Positions 1 through 12,445 of a stretch of DNA of 64,000 bases are shown here, in pieces. Where the stretch lies: positions 27,838,001 to 27,902,000 of the forward strand of contig NC_047062.1 in the NCBI RefSeq assembly GCF_902459465.1. Direction: 5' to 3'. The DNA is from Asterias rubens (lineage: Eukaryota). Positions within the stretch are counted from its first letter, which is position 1. The number at the start of each line of letters is the position of its first letter. Both the position numbers and the translations under genes were made by a program. The notes beneath the pieces are model-generated. The model was not told the DNA's origin, made no database searches, and was given only the letters and a program-made list of their open reading frames with translations.

Positions 1-1600
1 CATTAAAAGGCAAAAAACACTAAACATTATTAAAAGCAAAACAAAGCAAAAACAGATGACATTTATAAAACATGGCAAAAACTTTAAAAAGTACAAAAGG
101 TACATGTACAATTCACAGCAAGAAATGCATTGATCAATCTATACACAAGAAATAAAAAGTCTAGTTATATTCAGATTTAAAAAGATAAGTTTTAAGTCTA
201 GATTTAAAAACAGCTATGGAGTTCACATTTCTTAAGTCTGCAGGAAGACTGTTCCACGACTGTTGTGCCACCGGGCAGAAAGCTCTTTCGGCAGCTGATT
301 TTAGACTTACTGCCGGGACCCTGAGTAGAGATGTATCTGAAGATGACCTATAAGTGACTGACCCAGGGATGAGTCGAAGACGATAACCTAGTGATGAGTT
401 GAAGACGATACCGAGGTAGCGATTATGGTCTTTGGGCAGGATAGTAGAGTTGGGTAAATCGATGCTTGGTTGATGAATCTTGGCACGTTGTTGGTGGGTG
501 CCAATGAGCAAAAATTCAGGCTTATTACTGTTGAGCTTGAGTCTGTTTAGCACCATCCACTTCTGAATCTTCCCAACACACTCTTCAGTTCTGTTCAAAC
601 AGGGAACGGTCGAATTAGATGAAAGTTTGAATGACAGGTAAAGCTGGGTATCATCCGCGTACAAGTGGTAACGAAGTCCATACTGCGTTACCAATTCTCC
701 CAATAGTGAAGTGTAGATGGTAAACAAAAAGGGGCCCAGCACGAACCATGTGGAACACCACAGGAGAGGGGAAATGGCAGCGAGAGCGAGTCATTCACAC
801 GTATTTGCTGCATCCTATCAGTGAGGTAGGAATGAAACCATTTTAGTGCGCTTGATGTTATTCCAAGTCTGTCTGACATTCGTTGAAGCAAGATAGTATG
901 GTTCACTGTGTCAAAAGCAGCAGACATATCTAAAAGGATCAAAGCAACTACCTCCTGCCTATCCATGGCCATGAGCACATCATATTGCACCGCCAAAAGT
1001 GCAGTCTCCGTACTTTGACCCACCCGGTTAGCCGATTGCTGGTCCAACACTGCTCGCTCGATCAATTTGGAAACATAAGGTAAGTTTGAAATAGGACGGT
1101 AGCTTTCCTTGACCAGTGGTAGCCCAGCTTTTTTTAGCAGTGGCTTGACAACAGCTAATTTGTAGTCTTGAGGTACACAGGCCGAGGTAAGTGAGTTGTT
1201 GATAATGGTAGTGATAGCATCCACAACATGGTTATCACAAAGCCTGAGTAGCCATGTCGGTAGAGGATCAAGTTGGCAGGATTTATTTGGAGCTTTCTTC
1301 ATGAGTTGACACACATCCCTTGTAAGCAACGGTATAAAGCAGGAGAGTTCGGTGTGAAACATCCTGCTCTCTGAGATTGGTCTAGTTTCAGTCAGAGTAG
1401 AGCAAATAGCCTGGTTTACTTGTTGATCAATGTTGCTAATTTTCAACTCAAAGTGTCCAAAATCATCAGCAAGCTCTTGATCACTATCATGGCAAGGGAA
1501 GGGGGAGTCGACTTTTCTGTTGAGAATCAAGTTCATGACTTTGAAGAGATTTTCTTGGTTTGTTAGCATTTTCAACCTTAAAGCCATTAAAAACGCCTTT
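1..1600 (-). mobile_element. 5'-truncated, degenerate L2/Crack-clade LINE (RT domain + 3' UTR running off the window start)
   Basis: ORFs 688-1587 and 161-742 carry RT motifs ([46 protein letters not shown]) and the L2 C-terminus ([18 protein letters not shown]). There is a frameshift and there are internal deletions. Confidence 0.9.
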
Positions 1601-2075
1601 TCTAAAAAGAATTACCGGCAATTACAGACAGGTAAAAAGGTCTAGAAAAGGTTGCTAACATATCCATTTTTGTGAAGTACGTAAAAGCCCTTTTATATGA
1701 TGAATAGATTCTTAAAATAGCTTATGTGGTTGATGAAATATGAACCTATGAAATATTGACGACTGTAGAAGAGACTGAACAAAAGGGAAATGTATGTTGA
1801 AAACGCCTAGAGAACCGACTACTCGAAGCTACATAGCAGGCTGTAAGGATGAGCACAGAAGCATGACTCTGCGCTACTGCACAAACTACACATTGTATGT
1901 GTGTCTCTTTGTGCACTACCAATGGGGAAATACGTAGTTTGAACAAAATGTCAAAGTCAAATGTTGATGAACTCTGTGTATTGTTTAAAGCTTTTTGTAA
2001 GACCTCTCCGATGAGGTATAAATTGTTGGAATAGCTTCTGTACTTCTTGAGTTATGATTTTTTTAAATGCATTGC

Positions 2076-2224
2076 ACAACACACAGGACTAACGGCTTTA
2101 CGTCACATCTGAAGTGTCTTGCTTAAGGACACCACGGCTGGGACTTGAACCCTCACTCTGCTGATAAGAAATACCAGAGTTTGAATCTGGAGCTCTTTTA
2201 AACCGCTAGGCCATGACACGCGGT
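2076..2224 (-). mobile_element. Truncated tRNA-derived SINE, same family as 6135-6557
   Basis: Minus strand has an A-box-like TGGCCTAGCGG, a B-box-like GGTTCAAGTCC and the core GTGTCCTTAAGCAAGACACTT. It aligns by eye to 6390-6555. Confidence 0.75.
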
Positions 2225-2261
2225 TAAGATATAATTTGAATTTGTTATTTTTCTTTTTCAG

Positions 2262-2436
2262 CAATTCATGCAAAGCCTGGCAAGACATCACCTCTTCTTG
2301 CTTACTGTGAGGCACTCATGGCCTCAGTACCAGCTGTAGCTTCATTACCTAATGCTGAAACATCATTAGAATGTGTTAAGAGTGCCTTAACAGAAAACAG
2401 GCTTGATCTTGTCATGCATTGGCTTGCGCAAAAAAG
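2262..2436 (+). CDS. CLHC1: CLHC1 orthologue, internal coding exon
   Basis: ttttcAG acceptor and GT donor at 2437. Translates IHAKPGKTSPLLAYCEALMASVPAVASLPNAETSLECVKSALTENRLDLVMHWLAQK, resembling human CLHC1 ..[25 protein letters not shown] (recalled). Phase joins the exon at 4379. Confidence 0.85.
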
Positions 2437-2606
2437 GTTTGTCATTTAATATAATTTTGTAGAGCATTAAGTTATTTTCCAATCATGGCTGCAAATCTGC
2501 AGGATGAAAGGTTAGGGGTTTGATTTATTGTGATTGGTGTGAAGTGTATGGTTTCACTGCTATACATGTAGGTCATTGGTCTTTTTCCCCAAATATACCA
2601 CAAAGT

Positions 2607-2776
2607 TCTGTATGTACATGTATGTGATTCTGATTGTACATGTATGTGATTCTGTATGTACATGTATGTGATTCTGATTGTACATGTATGTGATTCTGTA
2701 TGTACATGTATGTGATTCTGATTGTACATGTATGTGATTCTGTATGTACATGTATGTGATTCTGATTGTACATGTA
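2607..2776. repeat. 22-bp minisatellite with two alternating variants (44-bp higher-order unit)
   Basis: TGTATGTACATGTATGTGATTC alternates with TGATTGTACATGTATGTGATTC, about 7-8 units. Confidence 0.9.
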
Positions 2777-4378
2777 GGTCATTAAAAGTAAAGAAAGGTT
2801 TGCACATAATTGAACCAGTTCACATCTAGCACAAGCTTAGGCAACAAGACCAGTTCTGTATATAGTTGCTTTAAAAACAAAAATTGTTATGTGAATAAAA
2901 TGAAAAGATGCATTCAGCCACAAATTTCACAAAGAACACAATAGTTATCTTGGCTGGACTATTCCAATAGCCTCTTGACAAAAACCGTGAACTACGGATA
3001 GCTCCCTCGCTGAAAACTCGGAACTTGGGGGTTATTTTTGTTTCATCAATGACACTTAAGCCACACATCACAACAATGTCGTCTGTCATCATATCACATC
3101 AGGAAAATAGGTAAGATAACTTGCTCGTTTTCGAAGTTGGGTTCCTTCAATCTATTATTGATAGGTGGTTGAGGGAACCCGAAAAAAATAAAGCAAAAGA
3201 TTTCCAAGGATACGGAGTGGATTGGACCAATTTATGTGGCTAGTCCTGTGCCAGCTGTTTTGGCATTGTGTGGGACGCATAATGCTCCCAGACTGTAGGG
3301 TATAGGGTTTATCTTGCATCGTAATAGTGCTTCCTTAGTTGTGTTAACATAATCAGTTCAGGATGCCCAAAGTGGTGTGTATGAATTTACACTGGTTGCC
3401 ATGTATGTAGTCCCCAACCAATTATACGTTATTGTAGATGGGATTTGTCTACCGTATTTTCTTGTGGATAAGACGCGTCTTATCCGATTTAAAGGTAAAA
3501 AAAAGTCGCTGCTTTCTATTTTCTGATGCACTTTGTTTGATAACAATTGAGTTAGATTTGATGATAACTGAGTGAAATCTTACACTTATGCTGTAAAATG
3601 ATATCTTTATTTCGTCCAAGGTAATTGTACTTGTTGTTTACTTGTATCTTCAAATAAAGCCTGCACCATTAGTGTTGTGTAGTTTTCAAAAACTTTGAAG
3701 AACGACGTAACGGCACCGAAGAACTAAGTCACAACCGTGCTGCTGCTGCCCGCATAACAACAATAATGTTGGGCACAATTTAAAAAGATGGACTCTTTTG
3801 AAATTCGCGCAAGCTGCCATTTATTGCTCGCACGATCTTCGAAAGAATGCCATCTTCAAAGATTGCGCAAAGCGCCCTCTAGCATTCGCTGTCTCTTGTA
3901 GCTTACAGTCCATTTATTTGGAAATGTAGGGAAAACGTTCATGTCTGCGCGCTCGTTGTGTGACAATAAAAACTATAAAACTATGGTTTTGGAAAAATCT
4001 TTAAAAAGAAAATGAAAAAAAAAAAATGAAAAAAAAATAGTAATGATGTTTTATATCATCGTGATAACAAAATTACAATCCCTTTACGTTAGTGACCCCC
4101 GTATGTGTTGAAAATGTTGTTGTGTATGCAGTGAAAGGGATCCTATAACTAGCAGAAATGAAAAATTGCGATACGGCAAGCCTACGTTAGTTAACATGTT
4201 GCGTCTTGTCTTGCGGGGGCGCCTTGTACATTGGACATTAAAAAAAAAATCTGTAATTTGGGGTACTGTTTTGTTTGTCGAGCATCTTATCGGCCGAGCA
4301 TCTTATCCGCAGGATATTACGGTTTTTACTTTCCATATCAACTTGGATAATAGAAATTTTGTTGTGTATTGGTTTCAG

Positions 4379-4581
4379 ATTGACGTGTTCAGAACCTCTT
4401 GGTCATCTTCTCTATAATTACACTCAGGGAAAGAATACAGTGACTGTAGGTCAATGCCTTCCATTGGCTGAAGCTGTATATACCATTGTTGGAGCACACA
4501 TACAAGCCGCTGTATGTATGTGCAAACAGGGTAAAGTGCAAGCCATGATGGATTATGCAACTAACGCTGACTTTGGCAAAG
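4379..4581 (+). CDS. CLHC1: CLHC1 orthologue, internal coding exon
   Basis: ttcAG / GTAAGC boundaries. Translates (R)LTCSEPLGHLLYNYTQGKNTVTVGQCLPLAEAVYTIVGAHIQAAVCMCKQGKVQAMMDY, similar to CLHC1 RLTFSEEAG..CLALAQIVY..AILCLCKQG. Confidence 0.87.
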
Positions 4582-4669
4582 GTAAGCTCAATTTGCTCAA
4601 AATTGTTTAAAATCTATACCACGGTTAATATCTTATTAAAGGTTTTAAAACTTACTTGTTGGTCTACAG

Positions 4670-4750
4670 GCACAAAGGAAAATAAGATATTTTGTTTGCA
4701 TGCTGTGATAACATGAAAAAAAAAAAATAATAATAATAATAATAATAATA
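4670..4750 (+). mobile_element. 3'-terminal stub of R4/Dong-like LINE followed by (TAA)n
   Basis: GCACAAAGGAAAATAAGATATTTTGTTTGCATGCTGTGATAACATGAAA matches the 3' end of the RLE element at 12837-12885. Confidence 0.6.
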
Positions 4751-5482
4751 ACAGGGATGCCAGTTTTCCAGTTATTGCCGGGATTCCGGCTTTTTAAAAT
4801 TTTCCCCGAATTTTTGACACCATGGGGCAAGATTAATGTTAATATTAGCAAGGAGTTAACTTTTTGTGAAAAACTGATAGCATTATTAATAATTAATAAT
4901 ATTAATAATTAGTATAATTATTAATATTATTAATTATTAATAATTACATATTAATAATAATATTAATAGCATGGCGACGAGACAATGAACACTGCTTCAG
5001 ATCGGCTCTCTATGTTATAGAAGATAACTATTGTTTCCTGCTATCAGTTGTTCACCAAAAGTTAACTCCTTGTTGGTACTACTTGGTAGACACCACAGGG
5101 TAAGTTTGAAGACAACTAAAAACATCGTGTTGCTGTTTTGGGAGGAAAAACGTTGAATATTTTCGTATTTGGAAAACTTTGGAAGACTACACAGTGTGTA
5201 TTGAATCAGTGAACAGACGCGCATGTCATCCGCGTCCTTTGGAACTTCTTGATTACAACCAGTGTTTAGTGGTCTCCGTAGGGTTGGATCTTCTACAGCG
5301 TTGCTGTATGTAGTTCTGAAATTACAAACTGTCTCACAATAATTTATGATGTTCATGATGAGTGCTAATGAGCTTATACTCAACGGTGAAACAGTGACAA
5401 ACTCCCAGAGAGGAAGTCCTTCACCCGATCTGGTTGGTATGCCTGAGCAGGTACTACCAGACCAGATACAAACTGCTCACAA

Positions 5483-5720
5483 CAGGGCCCAATTTCATAG
5501 AGCTGCTAAGCATGAAAATTTGCTTAGCATGAAATTTCTTCCAACCAAATTACCAACCAAATTTCCATTTCTTGTATATCGCTTGTTACTGGTGTTCAGC
5601 TATTGTTTGCTTCTCCTGAAAATCATGTGGAAAGTTGGTTGGTAATCCTGTTTTTATCAAGGCGACAATTTCATGCAAAGCAAATTTTTGTGCTTAGCAG
5701 CTCTATGAAATTGGGCCCTG
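5483..5720. mobile_element. MITE, PIF/Harbinger-like
   Basis: ~30-bp TIR CAGGGCCCAATTTCATAGAGCTGCTAAGCA / TGCTTAGCAGCTCTATGAAATTGGGCCCTG, with CWG flanks. Confidence 0.75.
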
Positions 5721-5759
5721 GATTTGCGTTGCAAGAAGGAAATGGAGTAAGAACGTTAC

Positions 5760-7000
5760 CAAAATAGCGATTGAATGTTATCTTAATAGTGAACCGGACA
5801 AGAGAGGATATAGAAGGAGAATGATAAGCCTATGGCAAGATAAAAGAATGTTTGAGATTAGTGAGCAGCGTTTTGAGACCAGATAAATACTATCAAACGG
5901 TAATAGTGGTTTACAACCGTGGAGATTGAGGATATGAAGAGGATAGTACAAGCTGAAAGGGAAAGATTGGAGGTTGTTGCCACCAAGTACCGGAGGAGGC
6001 GGCTGCTGCTAGCTCGCAGAGTGAGGATGAGGTGGAACAGCCAGGGTTGCCTGAAGGTCAGGAAGAGGAGGGTAGTGCCGAAGCGAATGGTGTAGAGTTG
6101 ACGGAGGAGGAGGCACAGATTAAGGACAGGCTTCATAATAATAATAAAAATAATTTGAAGTCTTATATAGCGCACATATCTACCAAACAAGGTACTCAAG
6201 GCGCTGAGTATATACAAACTTCCAGAAAGATAGGTTATTACAGTGATGAATTCTGAGACCCTATTATTTAGCACATTATAAGGGTTTACAAGGTGCTACG
6301 GCGCATTAAGCAGCCACAGCCAGGAACACCGGGCGTACCCCTTCTCTTTTCCATAAGTGCACTGGGTTCTTTTACATGCGTTACACAACACATGGGACCA
6401 ACGGCTTTCTGTCCCATCCGAAGGACAAAGCAATGGTTAAGTAAGTGTCTTGCTTAAGGACACAAGTGTCACGGCTGGGGATTCGAACCTACACTCTGCT
6501 GATCAGAAACACCAGAGTTTGAATTCGGTGCTCTTAACCGCTCGGCCACGACACTTCCATGAGGTGATGGAAGCGACAAAAGAGTCAAACGGGTGGAGTA
6601 TCCCAGCTTTGTGCCGGGTCCCAAGGAAAAAGCCGGGCAAAGTGTCAGCCGTGGTAAGTAAAGTCCTTGGGTCGGTCTATCGGATACTGTGAGCAGATTT
6701 TTATCTTCCGAGGTTGGAGGGCAGCAGGGGGTTGCTGAGTAAGGTAGACAGTGTCAACATCGAGTGCAGGAGTTTGTATTGTCATGGAGAACTGAGGAGA
6801 ACTTGTTAAAAGTAGCACAGAAATACTTGAAAGCGGACGAAGTTGGGCCGAATGAGTACAAGACCATCTTGATGTTGCGCTGTGAGGCTGCACTCTCAAC
6901 TGTGCTCTGCAAAACTTCACAATTTTATAAGCACCAGGCACTTCAATTGAATAAATTTGTCATCATGTTGATTGTTAATCATCAGTGATTCTTTGGGCTA
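5760..7000 (-). mobile_element. Highly degenerate CR1-type LINE fragment (APE C-terminus + linker) interrupted by a SINE
   Basis: Minus-strand motifs LLLTSSP (APE LDLxxT), LFPWD..SWD and FNRYFGNVLT occur in colinear order across the SINE insertion. Confidence 0.55.
6135..6557 (-). mobile_element. Full-length tRNA-derived SINE (V/Meta-like core, L2-like tail)
   Basis: A box TGGCCGAGCGG, B box GGTTCGAATCC, core GTGTCCTTAAGCAAGACACTT, 3' tail AGCGCCTTGAG...GCGCTATATAAG followed by (ATT)n. Confidence 0.85.
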
Positions 7001-7110
7001 ATTCCTGATGTGAATCTGGATTGGACATCACTCTTATCTTTTAGATTCTCGTTTTGCATTCTATCTTCTGCACTACTTCATACAGTAATCACTGATACAG
7101 CCATTTTACC

Positions 7111-10100
7111 ATGCCCATGGTCAACAGTTGGACAGTGACCACCATTGTCCTATTGTGTGTACTCCAATTGTCATCCAACCACCTCTTCATGGAGTTTCTT
7201 AAGCAACCCACTCAAGCACGGACCTATACAAGAAAAGCACTCTTACTTATCAATGACACTGTGAAACAACAAAGGCACCGACATCCACTACCCTATGATG
7301 CATTTCAAACTGCAAGATCTCTAGGCTTACTGAATGTTAAGCCCACAAGGAGAGGAAAGAAAGCTGGACTGAAACATAAAACAAAACTACAAACACGAGC
7401 CAACCAATACTGCAACGGTCTTTCCCTGTTTTCACTGAACTGTCAGTCGGTTAAGAGCAAATCCACCCATGGAATTATTTCTGACATTGTAGTTGAACAT
7501 GACATCGACATCTTTGCCCTCACCGAGACCTGGCTTGCTGATGATGAAAGTGATGAATTTTACATCAAATCACTGACACCCAAAGGTTATGATCTCTTTA
7601 ATGTCCCACGTGGAGGCGGCGACCCGCATGGAGGGATTGCTGTACTTTATAAAAAAGGCATTAAAGTCGTGTCCACATCACCACATCAAAGCAGCCCAAG
7701 TGATCGGACTATCAAGAGTTTTGAGCACTGTGAAATTGTGTTCTCCTCAGGATCTAAGTGTTTCACACTTGTGGTAATCTACAGACCTCCAACTTCTGTC
7801 AAAAATCAACTCACTACAGGAATGTTTTTTGAAGAATTTTCAGAAGTCATGCAAGATTTCACTGTTGCTAAAGGGGATTTGGTTATCGTTGGCGACCTAA
7901 ACCTCCATTTGGATGACCACCATGACCACAACACACAACGCTTCAACGACCTAACAGAATCTTCTGGTTTTGTGCAATCTGTTGTTGGCCCTACCCATAG
8001 TCGTGGACATACGCTCGACGTTGTGATATCCCGAGACTCCGACTCTTTAGTCAAGAACATCCATGTCCTGGATCAAATCTCCGACCATAGACTCATTGCT
8101 TGCTATCTTGATATTGCTAAGCCACTGCCAGTTATGAAGACCATTACATCCAGGAAGTTCCGATCTCTCAATCTACAGTCCTTCCAGGATGATATTCTTA
8201 CCTCAGAGCTCATGGCGTCTCCTGCCTCTAATGTTTGTGACGCTGTAGAGCAGTACAACAATGTTCTCACCAACCTGTTGGACAAATATGCACCTGCATC
8301 CACTAGGTCAGTGCCAGTACGTCCCAAGCAACCCTGGTACTCTGATTCTCTGCATCTGGCTAAACGTAATCGCAGAAAAGCTGAAAGAAAATGGCTACTT
8401 ACTCGATCTAACGATGACCTCTGTCGTTACAAGGCAGTCAAGAATAACTACAACCAGCTACTATACAAATCCAAATGTAGCTTCTTCAATGACAAGATAA
8501 TCAACTGTGGTAATGATTCTAAGCAGCTATTTGGCATCATCAATGACATCCTTCATAAGAAGAAGCCATCTAAGCTCCCAGATCATGTCTGTCCTGAGGA
8601 ATTGGCAGAACGATTCTCAACATTCTTCAGTGACAAAATTCAGTGTATCAGAGACGGCCTCTCTTCTGCCACATCTGTTGCAGTTCCACGATCCAGATTA
8701 GGCTCGTCCTTGGATTCCTTCACAACAACTTGCGACGAAGAAGTAGGCGAGATTATTCTGATGTCACCTAGCCCATCTTGTGTTCTAGACCCAATACCAT
8801 CTTGGCTGGTTAAGCAGATTCTGGACACTCTTATACCTACCATCAGTAGTATTGTGAACGCATCCCTCAAATCAGGTGTAGTTCCATCTTGTCTTAAATC
8901 TGCAGTTATCACACCGTTGCTGAAGAAACCAAGTTTGGATGCCAATACTCTAAAGAATTACCGCCCTGTCAGCAACCTGACCTTCATATCCAAAGTACTT
9001 GAACGAGTTGTCGCTAAAAGCTGACCAACTACATGAGTGATCACCATCTTCATGAGCCCATGCAGTCCGCATACAAGCGCTTTCACAGCACCGAAACAGC
9101 ACTCCTTCGGGTTCACAACGACATCATGTGGACCATGGAAAAGCAAGGTATCACCATTTTAGTTCTGCTTGACCTCAGTGCCGCTTTTGACACGATCGAC
9201 CACAAAGTGTTACTAGCTCGGATGGAAGAACTGCTGGGAGTGCAGGATATTCCACTGAAGTGGTTCGCTTCATACCTGTCTGGAAGAACGCAACGTCTCC
9301 ATATCAACAACCATTTTTCGCAACCTCGTGAGCTACTGTCTTGTGTTCCACAAGGTTCAGTCCTTGGCCCCCTGCTGTTTTTGATATATACTCTTCCTCT
9401 TGGACAGATCATTCGTAAACCTGGCTTGGAACTACACATGTACGCAGACGACACTCAGATTTACACATCTATCTGCCCTGTCAAGTCTTCTGAAGTCCTT
9501 CAAAATGTATCAAAAGTCGAAGACTGCATAACTGAGGTACAGGCCTGGATGTCAACTAATTTTCTCAAACTCAACGCTGACAAGACCGAGGTAATAGCGA
9601 TCGGTTTCAGAGCCCAACTCGCCAAGTTTCATCTTCAATCAGTTAAAGTTGCAGGAGTTGATGTCTTAGTCGAAACCAAGCCAGTCAGAAATCTTGGAGT
9701 CATGTTTGACCCTGCAATGACTATGTCCGCGCAAGTTTCAAGCATCATCAAGACTGCCAACTTCTACCTCACTAACATCGGCAGGGCCCGCAGACTACTG
9801 ACTGTCGACGCAACCAAGCTTGCAGTGCACACTTTGGTCACTTCAAGACTCGACTATTGCAACAGTCTTCTGATTGGAATCAGCCAAAAACTCAAAAGGA
9901 GGCTAAATAATGTGCAACGAACAGCTGCCAGACTCATCACAAAGAAGCGCAAGTTCGACTCTATCACCCCGGAACTCATCAAACTACACTGGCTCCCAAT
10001 CCATCAAAGGATCGACTTCAAGGTCATCGTTCTCATGTTCAAGGCCTTACATCAACAAGCCCCTCATTACATCATAGACATTCTGCAAGTTGGTGCTGAA

Positions 10101-10392
10101 CGGAGACTCCTTCGGTCAAACAGCTCCTGTTCACCATACTTTGTAGTTCCAAGAACAAGTCACATCACTTTTGCCGATAGAGCCTTCTCGGTATATGGAC
10201 CCAAACTCTGGAATAAACTCCCCAATCACATCAGGGACACAACATCACTCAACACATTCAAGGCACTTCTTAAAGCCCACTTGTTTCAGGAGGCCTACCA
10301 TCAATGACTTGTTATTTCTTCTGTGCCTTCAGCGCCTTTGAGCAAACTTTTGATTTAGGCGCTATACAAATTACGTTTGATTGATTGATTGA
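7111..10392 (+). mobile_element. Near-intact L2/Crack LINE: APE endonuclease + RT ORF of ~1065 aa broken by one -1 frameshift at ~9020
   Basis: ORFs 7111-9024 and 9033-10307 carry FALTETW, GDLNLH, LDVVI, SDH, YRPVSNLTFISKVLE, LDLSAAFDTIDH, PQGSVLGP, YADD and WNKLP. The 3' UTR has the stem-loop AGCGCCTTTGAG..TAGGCGCT and an (ATTG)n tail. Confidence 0.95.
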
Positions 10393-10450
10393 AGGAGAGA
10401 AGAAAGACACCAAGATTGGCAGAACAAACCACTTCATGTAAGGTTTTTAA

Positions 10451-10783
10451 AGGAACACGTTGCCTTGGATCGGTCGAGTTGGTCTTTGAAAAGCGTTTGT
10501 AACCGTTTGTTATAAAATGCATATGATTGGAAAGATGTTTTAAAAGTAGAATATAATGATCCACACAAGCCAGCCATTTATGGGAGTCAAATTTTTGACT
10601 CCCATAAATGGCCGACCGTGTTAGTTTGCAAAGTAAAAGGAAAACCACGCAATTTTGAGGCAAATTTGTGTGGATCATTGTATTCTAATTTTATATCATC
10701 TTTATAACCATATGCATTTTGTAACAAACAGTTACAAACGCTTTTCAAAGACCAACTCGACCGATCCAAGGCAACGTGTTCCT
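10451..10783. mobile_element. Kolobok-like MITE family B (palindromic), inserted at TTAA in the Dong element
   Basis: TIR AGGAACACGTTGCCTTGGATCGGTCGAGTTGGTCTTTGAAAAG; flanks TTAA / TTGA; central palindrome ATTTATGGGAGTCAAATTTTTGACTCCCATAAAT. Confidence 0.8.
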
Positions 10784-11134
10784 TTGAGGTGTACTAAAGA
10801 AGTGGCCTGCAGCAAGTGGAATTGGCTGAAGAGCGGAGAGTTGAAGAAGGAAACCGAGGGCTTGATTACTGCGGTGCAAGACCAGTCTCGGAGGACAAAT
10901 GTAATTAAGGCAAGGATAGAGAAAGCGAACGTCTCTCCTATGTGCAGAATGTGTAACAAGGCGGAGGAGACTGTCTTTCATATTGTCAGCAAGTGCAGTA
11001 AGATGGCCCAGACGGAGTACAAAGGTAGACACGACAAGTTGGGAATTCATTGGGATCTGTGTAAGAAGTGGGGTGTCCAAGTGAAGGCAAAATGGTACGA
11101 CCATGTTCCAGAGTAAGTTGCAGAGACCGACCAG

Positions 11135-12445
11135 GGGCCGATTTCACTAACGTCTATGTTTGCGATCACAAACCTCAAATCCATCGCAATTGCGATGTCG
11201 CTAATTTTGCGTTTCACTAAAGCCATCGCAATTGCGATGACGTAAAAAGGAAAATAAAGTTTTTGTACGAGGCTAAAAGTAGTGACCTTTGACATAACCC
11301 GCAACAAAATCGTCGGTCGTCGCTGGAAATGAAATGGCATATAATTAAGTGCAGTTTGTGTAAATCGGTGTCATGTTTGTGCATGTGAACTAACAACTAT
11401 TGTGGACGATGTTTAAATTCTAGGCATTCATTTACAAAGAGTTTAGACTACATTAAATAAAATTTATAGGCCTATGACCTCTATTATAATTCTAGATTTT
11501 AATAAACAATTTTTGTAAATCTGTTATAACGTTGGGATTGATGAAAACTCTGACATGTATTATTCTGTAAATATCTGTCTCATAATACTAAGCTTTACTG
11601 CCTTCCAGCATTGTACGAACGTCAAAAGGGAAACGACATAACTAATTTTTGAATGCCTGATTGTCAAAAGTGTTGCCACTGAAAAGTGGTAGGGCTATAA
11701 GCTCCTACATGCAGTGATATTAAATCGGAAAAGACATTTATTGGCTGCAATGTCAATTTGCCTAGGGCTAGGCCCACACATTCCACATTTTAGTCAAAAT
11801 GATGGTTAAAATAATCAAACCCAGTATCTCCTTTTTACCGATTTTAAGCTCTCTTTGCTGCAGGTGCGTTGCTGATAGTTGTCATCGGCAATCTGAGTCT
11901 ACCAGGTAAAAGACCGCAAGGCTAAATATAGCGCCAATATACTCTTGAAATCACGGAACAGCTAGGATCCTGAGAAAGACCCTCGAGATCTAAAGCTTTA
12001 AGCTGAGCCTGATTCGAGGAGTTACCAGCAAAATAATCAAACCCAGTATCTCCTTTTTACCGATTTTAAGCTCTCTTTGCTGCAGGTGCGTTGCTGATAG
12101 TTGTCATCGGCAATCTGAGTCTACCAGGTAAAAGACCGCAAGGCTAAATGTAGCGCCAATATACTCTTGAAATCACGGACAAATTATACGTCAAGACGTA
12201 CACCAATATAACTTAGCACAGAATGGCGCAATGTATCATAAGTTTGCGATGAACTTTTACTTTGTGACCACTAACGAGTCATCGCAAAATTGTCATCGCT
12301 AACTAAAACTTTGCGATGAGTGTTCTCATCGCAATGTTTAAGTGAAAGCGCTATCAAAAATCCATCGCTAAGTAGCGATGGATTTTGGATTTAGCGATCG
12401 ATTTCGGCGTTTGCGATGATTGCAAAGCGTTAGTGAAATCGGCCC
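11135..12445. mobile_element. PIF/Harbinger-like MITE with CAG target duplication
   Basis: TIR GGGCCGATTTCACTAACG / CGTTAGTGAAATCGGCCC, with CAG on both sides. Excision restores the Dong reading frame. A second copy lies at 42353-43077. Confidence 0.85.

Noticed and set aside
2472-2807. Repetitive H/Y/M-rich ORFs
   Set aside because: They are translations of the 22-bp minisatellite.
4860-4970. Structured element in the (ATT/AAT)-rich palindromic tract
   Set aside because: Low-complexity AT sequence; the symmetry is expected by chance.
10587-10769. Recurrent short ORFs (MDRSSWSLKSV.., MKEKTPLSHEV.., MDHCILLL..) seen at several places
   Set aside because: They are chance frames within Kolobok-like MITE copies, not proteins.
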